64,000 bases of DNA from Nitrospirota bacterium. Its GTDB lineage: Bacteria > Nitrospirota > Thermodesulfovibrionia > Thermodesulfovibrionales > UBA9159. The notes beneath the pieces are model-generated. The model saw only the letters and a program-made list of their open reading frames with translations. It had not been told where the DNA came from and made no database searches. The translations under genes and the position numbers were made by a program. Location of the stretch: contig JAJYIF010000011.1 of the NCBI GenBank assembly GCA_021790195.1, forward strand, positions 19,069 through 83,068, written 5' to 3'. Positions 58,698 through 64,000 of the stretch are shown piece after piece (positions within the stretch are counted from its first letter, which is position 1; every line of letters begins with the position of its first letter).

Positions 58698-59330
58698 CTA
58701 TATATTCCTCGAAGGACAGATATCGAAGAGGACGCATTCGCTGTGCCTGGGTTTCTTCGCCTGACATATCTTCCTGCCGTGGAATATGAGGAGATGGGAC
58801 AGGGTTGACCATTCCCGGGAGGGTGTTATTTCCATCAGGTCCCTTTCTATCTTCACCGGGTCCTCGTTCTTCGACAGCCCGAGTCTGGAAGAAAGCCTCT
58901 TCACATGCGTGTCGACTGCGATCCCGGCATTGATGCCGAAGGCGTTGGAGAGGACTATGTTTGCCGTCTTTCTGGCGACTCCGGGGAAACTCGTGAGCTC
59001 ATCCATAGTCTTCGGGACTTTCCCGTCGAATCTTTCAACAACCATTCTTGCCGATGCCTGAATGTTCTTTGCCTTGTTGTTATAAAAGTTTATCGAGCTA
59101 ATGTCCTTTCTTAGCTCGTCGAGCGGGACCGATGCATAATCGGCTATAGACCTGTACTTCCCAAAAAGGTTTCCCGTGACCTTATTGACAAGCACGTCTG
59201 TGGTCTGCGCCGAAAGAATGGTGGCCACGAGAAGCTCGAAGGGGTCCTTGAAATTAAGCGCGGTCTTCGGTTCCGGATATTCCTTTTTCAGTCTCTTCAG
59301 GACCTCTGAAGCTTTTTCCTTTGAAGTCAC
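58698..59330 (-). CDS. nth: Endonuclease III
   Basis: HhH-GPD motifs (...LLVATILSAQTTD..., ...L...PGVARKTANIVL...) and a C-terminal Fe-S loop C-x6-H-x2-C-x5-C. Confidence 0.9.
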   Translation of the reverse strand: MTSKEKASEVLKRLKKEYPEPKTALNFKDPFELLVATILSAQTTDVLVNKVTGNLFGKYRSIADYASVPLDELRKDISSINFYNNKAKNIQASARMVVERFDGKVPKTMDELTSFPGVARKTANIVLSNAFGINAGIAVDTHVKRLSSRLGLSKNEDPVKIERDLMEITPSREWSTLSHLLIFHGRKICQAKKPRHSECVLFDICPSRNI

Positions 59331-59470
59331 AATACCCTCCTTTGCCTTATAAATGCTATATTCCTAAAAAGAAGTATATCAGGGATTGTCACCGGTGCAA
59401 ATCAAAAAGATATCGCGGCGCCGGGATGAGAGGGAGCGCCGCCGCGGCGTACTTTCTTCATAAGTTCTTC

Positions 59471-60292
59471 ATGCTGCTAAGGTATGATTTAAATGGGAAA
59501 AGTTACAGCGTTATGCATGTTGTCGCAATATATGGACTGAAAGAGGACAAGGAGAGCCGTGCGGGAATTCTTGCGCGCTCTCTCGGAGTTACCGAATTGG
59601 AGGCCCTTTCGCGTCTGCGGGCGCCCGGCAGCGGTCCGGTGATCGTCCGCATCTTCGCGGACCGCGACCCGGCCGGAAGGCTTGCCGGACAACTTGAGTC
59701 CGGTGGGTTCCATACGGTGGTCCTGGGCAGCGCGGAGATCGAGGCTGAAGCTGGGCGGCTGATGGCGAGGAGATTCGCCCTCGACGCTCAACAGCTCCAG
59801 GTCGGATCAACGGACGGCGGAAAATTCGCAGTGGCCTGCCGTGATATTGAGGTCATCCTGCGCGGAACCGGGATCACCACAAGAACAGAAACCGAGACGA
59901 CAAAGAAGCGTTCCTTGAGCCTCGGAATGGCAGTGCTTACCGGCGGTCTCATCATGACAAAAACCACCAAGACCGTCCGGGAGATCACAACCGGAGAGCG
60001 GGAGGGGTTCCTTGCAGTTTACGCCGGGGACGGATCGATATTCGACTTTCGTGAGAACCTCGTTTCTTTTGAATCCCTCGGGCCGCAGATGAAACAATCG
60101 CGTTCGGAAAACTTCTCTTATCTCGCGGCGGAGCTGCGCAGGCGCTGCCCCGGCGCGGCTTACGATGAACGTCTGCTGAGCAGGGCAGGACAGGCTGCGC
60201 TTTTAGGTCCCACGCTCAGTCCAGAGAAGCACATCGATGTTGCGACTGCGCTCCTTGCGAAGGTGCTTCGGGGCCGCCCGGGGCGTCATTAG
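59471..60292 (+). CDS. Hypothetical protein
   Basis: A long ORF with native composition and no recognisable family. The start is uncertain (59471, 59513, or the ORF-track 59321, which overlaps the nth start). Confidence 0.5.
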   Translation: MLLRYDLNGKSYSVMHVVAIYGLKEDKESRAGILARSLGVTELEALSRLRAPGSGPVIVRIFADRDPAGRLAGQLESGGFHTVVLGSAEIEAEAGRLMARRFALDAQQLQVGSTDGGKFAVACRDIEVILRGTGITTRTETETTKKRSLSLGMAVLTGGLIMTKTTKTVREITTGEREGFLAVYAGDGSIFDFRENLVSFESLGPQMKQSRSENFSYLAAELRRRCPGAAYDERLLSRAGQAALLGPTLSPEKHIDVATALLAKVLRGRPGRH

Positions 60293-60965
60293 GGTTCGAA
60301 AGTCGGGACGATGATGCCGGGAAGCAGTGCCGGTTTCGGCGGTTTTCTGAGTCTCGACGACAGCCTGTTTGTGATGAACAGCACTAACACGCAGGGCAGC
60401 CTGACTCAGAATATGATGATCCTGCAAAGATAAAATATGGTGGGAATGAAAAGGGGGGCGCATGCGCCTCCCTTAATTTGTCCGGAGGCAATTACTTATA
60501 ATAGTTTGATATGACTATCAGCAGCGCCCGGATTTTCGGGTGAGCCACGCAGGTATCTTGATTCCTCTCTGCTCGAGTTTCTGGATGAGCCTTCCTCTCA
60601 CGGAGGGATTGACCCCTCCTCAAAGAAGCTTGCGGTAAGACATCCTTAGAATTATCGCCGAACCTGCATAAACGATCGCGAAAAAGAACAGTATGACAAG
60701 GACCACTTTCATCCTATTATCATACCATAGTCCGGAAGACGTATGCGGCTGAACCGGGAGACCAGGAGCGAAGATGCGCCGGCGTTTTAACGTTTCCGGC
60801 TCATTTCGCAAGCATTATGAATCATTCAAAGTCTCTTTTAATATCAGGTGGTTTTGTCCTGGGGTCGTTTTCATATTTTCTTCATAGTCTTCAATTATAT
60901 TTTTAATAGGAGGTTTGTAAGGAAACTATGGAACTTAGATCAAGGCCGAGAACAGAGGTGTTATC

Positions 60966-62396
60966 ATGAATAAGACGGAAGTCTTCGAAGAAATAATGGA
61001 GATAGGAAAGAGGCGGGGGACTCTCACCTATGACGAGATAAATGATGTCCTCCCGTCGGAGACTGATCCTGAGGAGATCGAGGAGTTAATGGACCTGCTT
61101 CAGGATATGGGAATAAATGTTACTGATTCCTATGAAATCCCCGCGGAAGAAGAGCTGGCCGAAGAGGAAGAAGCGCCGGAAGTTTACGAAGGCACGGAAG
61201 ATATAGTACAGGCCTATTTCAGGTCCATGGGAAATATCAGGATCCTGGCCCGTTCCGAGGAGGTGGAGCTGGCAAAGAGACTGGCGGACGGCAAGACCAT
61301 AGTCAGAAAGACCGTGACCGCTATGCCCTTGTACAAACAGGTGAACTCCGAACTGAGCGCCGAGCTTGAGGAAGAAGCGGAGATGGACGAGGAAGAGAGA
61401 CGAGATGAGGCTCTGCGCAGGAGTCTGAAGATCCTGGGCGATCTCATAAGGAAAACAGATGAGACGGACAGAAAAGTCGCGCGTTTTGGTTCCCTGAGGG
61501 GCCTGCAGGGGATGATCCGCGACAAGAGGAAAAAGGGGAAAGAGTGCCCGAAGCTCGCAGCGCTCGCAAAAGAGGTGCAGATGGAGTACAGGCATATAGA
61601 ATCGGTGACCGGACTTTCGGTACAGGAGCTGAAGGACCGATGGGAGAAGATCTCACGGGCTGAAAAGCTTGTCCAGGAGGCCAGGGACGAGCTGACCACG
61701 CGCAACCTCCGTCTTGTGGTGAACGTGGCCAAGAATTATGTCGGTCGCGGCCTGCCGCTGCTCGACATGATCCAGGAAGGTAACATCGGCCTTATGAAGG
61801 CGGTCGACAAATTCAAGTACGATAAGGGGTTCAAATTCAGCACCTATGCTACCTGGTGGATACGGCAGGGTATCACGAGGGCCTTGATGGACCAGACAAA
61901 GACAATCAGGATACCGGTTCACATGATGGAGTTCTACAACAGGGTCATGAAGGAATTCAGGGACCTGACCCAGAAGCTCGGCAGGGAGCCGGACAACCAG
62001 GAGATTGCGGCAAGTCTCAGCGTTTCCGTAAAGAAGGTGGAGGAGGCCTTCAGGGCTATGCAGGACCCTATCCCTCTCCAGAGCCCGGTGGGCGATGAAG
62101 ACTCGGAGTTCGGCGATTTCATAAAGGACACGAACGCGCCTTCGCCTTTTTCCGAGGCGGAAGGTCTCGAGACGACCGAAAACATGATCAGGATACTAAG
62201 GACGCTTACTCCAAAGGAAGAGCAGGTCATCCGACTGAGATTTGGGATCGGCGAGGACCGGGACTACACACTTGAAGAAGTCGGAAGGTTCCTCTCGATA
62301 ACGAGAGAGAGGGTGAGACAGATCGAAGCCAAGGCCTTGAGAAAGCTCAGGCACCCGACGAGACTGAAGGCCCTGGAAGTCCTTACGGCGGCATAA
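60966..62396 (+). CDS. rpoD: RNA polymerase sigma factor RpoD (sigma-70)
   Basis: Acidic region 1, then ...[55 protein letters not shown]... and region 4 ...[28 protein letters not shown]. Confidence 0.95.
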   Translation: MNKTEVFEEIMEIGKRRGTLTYDEINDVLPSETDPEEIEELMDLLQDMGINVTDSYEIPAEEELAEEEEAPEVYEGTEDIVQAYFRSMGNIRILARSEEVELAKRLADGKTIVRKTVTAMPLYKQVNSELSAELEEEAEMDEEERRDEALRRSLKILGDLIRKTDETDRKVARFGSLRGLQGMIRDKRKKGKECPKLAALAKEVQMEYRHIESVTGLSVQELKDRWEKISRAEKLVQEARDELTTRNLRLVVNVAKNYVGRGLPLLDMIQEGNIGLMKAVDKFKYDKGFKFSTYATWWIRQGITRALMDQTKTIRIPVHMMEFYNRVMKEFRDLTQKLGREPDNQEIAASLSVSVKKVEEAFRAMQDPIPLQSPVGDEDSEFGDFIKDTNAPSPFSEAEGLETTENMIRILRTLTPKEEQVIRLRFGIGEDRDYTLEEVGRFLSITRERVRQIEAKALRKLRHPTRLKALEVLTAA

Positions 62397-62401
62397 GGGA
62401 A

Positions 62402-62425
62402 GGGGGCGGTGTCCGCTCCCTTTTT
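62402..62425 (+). terminator. Rho-independent terminator of rpoD
   Basis: Stem GGGGGCGG/CCGCTCCC (one G-U pair), loop TGT, followed by TTTTT (62421-62425). Confidence 0.75.
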
Positions 62426-62427
62426 CA

Positions 62428-62739
62428 TTACAACAAACGGAAGAAGTAAACAACAGCCGCGACAAAAACAACGATAAGAAGGATTGAAACTAACAGAGGG
62501 AGTCTCTTTTTTATCCTTCCGGGAAGAAGCTGCTTACCATATTCGCGCGCGGCTGCACTTTGCGGGTCTGATACGGAGCCGAGAGGCTTGGTCCTGATCT
62601 CCAGAAATTCGGATATCTTAAAGTCCTTATACTCCACCTGGATTTCATCCTGACTGCTTGCCGCCTCATTGCCGCATTTAAGGCAGACAGTATCTCCCCT
62701 CATATCAGCGCCGCAGACCGGACATTTCATTGGATTCAC
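62428..62739 (-). CDS. Zinc-ribbon protein with C-terminal TM anchor
   Basis: MKCPVCGADMRGDTVCLKCG N-terminus and a C-terminal LPLLVSILLIVVFVAAVVYFF segment. Confidence 0.6.
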   Translation of the reverse strand: MNPMKCPVCGADMRGDTVCLKCGNEAASSQDEIQVEYKDFKISEFLEIRTKPLGSVSDPQSAAAREYGKQLLPGRIKKRLPLLVSILLIVVFVAAVVYFFRLL

Positions 62740-63042
62740 TTCCTTCCACTAATCCGGCGTAGCCGGAGCCAAAAAAGACTTTCTCGCGCAAAGCCGCAAA
62801 GCCGCAGAGTTTCTTTAAGAACAAATAATCTTGTCTTTCTTTGCGACCCTTGCGTCTTTGCGTGAGATATTTCGTTCATTTTGCACAAGACTCACCTTCA
62901 AAGGGAATAGTGAATAGATCTATTTCCAGTATATGTCTTTATTGTCTCTTTGTTCAAGCCGGAACCGCCTATCGCATTCTGACTCTGTCATTACGCCTTC
63001 AAAATGTTTTAGAATATCAAAAAAGAAATCGGGGGTCTCATC

Positions 63043-64000
63043 ATGCTTTCTGAACGCGCAAAGAAGATAAAACCTTCTCCAACTCTCGCAATAGACTCAA
63101 AGGCCAAGGCGCTGAAGGCCTCGGGATATGATGTAGTGAACTTCGGCGTGGGCGAACCGGATTTCGATACACCGGACAATATAAAGGAGGCCGCTATCAG
63201 GGCTCTGAGGGACGGCTTTACAAAATACACGCCGGTCGGCGGCATAGATCCCCTGAAGAATGCCGTGATTGAGAAGTTCAAGAAAGACAACGGCCTGAGT
63301 TATGAGCGGGAAGAGATCATCGTGTCCTGCGGGGCAAAACACAGCCTCTATAATATTGCTCAGGCCTTATACCGGCCCGGGGATGAGGTGCTCATTCCGT
63401 CTCCCTACTGGGTCTCCTATCCCGACCAGGTTGTCCTGAACGATGCGGTTCCGGTCATTGTGAAGACATACGAGGGCGATGCATTCATGCTGAAACCCGA
63501 GGCGCTCGAAGCGCATATAACGAAAAAGACGAGGGCCGTCATCCTGAACTCGCCGTCGAATCCCACTGGATTGACTTATGACAGGAAGACCCTCGAAGGG
63601 ATCGCGGAGGTAGCGCTAAGGCATAACCTCTTCGTGATCTCCGACGAGATTTATGAAAAACTCGTCTATGACGGGGTCGAGCATGTGAGCATAGCGTCTC
63701 TCGGAAATGAGATCAAGAAGAGTACCATCGTGGTCAACGGGCTGTCGAAGTCGCACGCGATGACGGGGTGGAGAGTCGGGTACGCGGCGGGCCCGAAGGA
63801 CGTCATCAAGGCAATGACGAACATACAGAGCCAATCGACATCCAACCCCAACTCCATCGCGCAAAAGGCCGCTGTCGAGGCCCTGACAGGACCCCAGGGT
63901 TTCATCGATATGATGCGAAAGGAGTTCGACGCGAGGAGGAAGTTCCTCGTGTCGGAACTGAACTCAATCCCCGGAGTGAAGTGCATAGCCCCGACGGGCG
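63043..64000 (+). CDS. Aspartate/aromatic aminotransferase, class I PLP enzyme (3' end outside the window)
   Basis: My own translation: MLSERAKKIKPSPTLAIDSKAKALKASGYDVVNFGVGEPDFDTP...NSPSNPTG...VNGLSKSHAMTGWRVGY. It is absent from the ORF track because no stop falls inside the window. Confidence 0.9.
   Translation, partial: MLSERAKKIKPSPTLAIDSKAKALKASGYDVVNFGVGEPDFDTPDNIKEAAIRALRDGFTKYTPVGGIDPLKNAVIEKFKKDNGLSYEREEIIVSCGAKHSLYNIAQALYRPGDEVLIPSPYWVSYPDQVVLNDAVPVIVKTYEGDAFMLKPEALEAHITKKTRAVILNSPSNPTGLTYDRKTLEGIAEVALRHNLFVISDEIYEKLVYDGVEHVSIASLGNEIKKSTIVVNGLSKSHAMTGWRVGYAAGPKDVIKAMTNIQSQSTSNPNSIAQKAAVEALTGPQGFIDMMRKEFDARRKFLVSELNSIPGVKCIAPTG

Noticed and set aside
62790-62880. Imperfect inverted repeat of gcaaag-type words: cgcgcaaagccgcaaagccgcagag versus ctttgcgacccttgcgtctttgcgtg.
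   Set aside because: It is a single occurrence in the window, located in the promoter region between divergent genes. It is not periodic like a CRISPR array and I found no second copy.

Overview
Dense chromosomal window of about 70 protein-coding genes from what looks like an anaerobic, diderm bacterium. Hand-counted 60-nt samples give 57-58% G+C. I cannot assign a lineage from sequence alone. Most of the window is housekeeping: archease-RtcB, HU, RecN, a lipid A block (Gfo/Idh/MocA oxidoreductase, DegT aminotransferase, LpxB, MsbA), HemB, ArgC, rplM-rpsI, GatA and GatB, Nth, RpoD and an aspartate aminotransferase. Anaerobe-type metabolic modules are also present: a split archaeal-type glutamate synthase operon, a four-subunit group 3b (sulfhydrogenase-type) [NiFe]-hydrogenase, a secreted seven-haem cytochrome, and radical SAM enzymes. 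I recognised no rRNA, tRNA, CRISPR array, transposase or integrase. Five items deserve a second look. (1) rtcB carries a single in-frame TGA exactly on its active-site cysteine, followed by a SECIS-like hairpin, so it is a candidate selenoprotein. (2) A roughly 1.4-kb low-GC island (about 2230-3700) holds three tightly coupled small genes of unrecognisable function, a candidate accessory or defence-type cassette. (3) A roughly 120-nt non-coding element occurs twice, 41 kb apart, each time just upstream of a single-domain PilZ gene. It is far better conserved than the genes themselves. (4) Several domain architectures are unusual: a membrane-anchored repeat protein with half a kinase domain, a REC-TM-SPOR protein lacking the phospho-acceptor Asp, and a GXGXG-GltD-ferredoxin fusion. 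(5) Gene remnants (an aldo/keto reductase and a TetR C-terminal domain) mark rearrangement junctions. All family assignments rest on motif recognition by eye. No database search or folding program was run.
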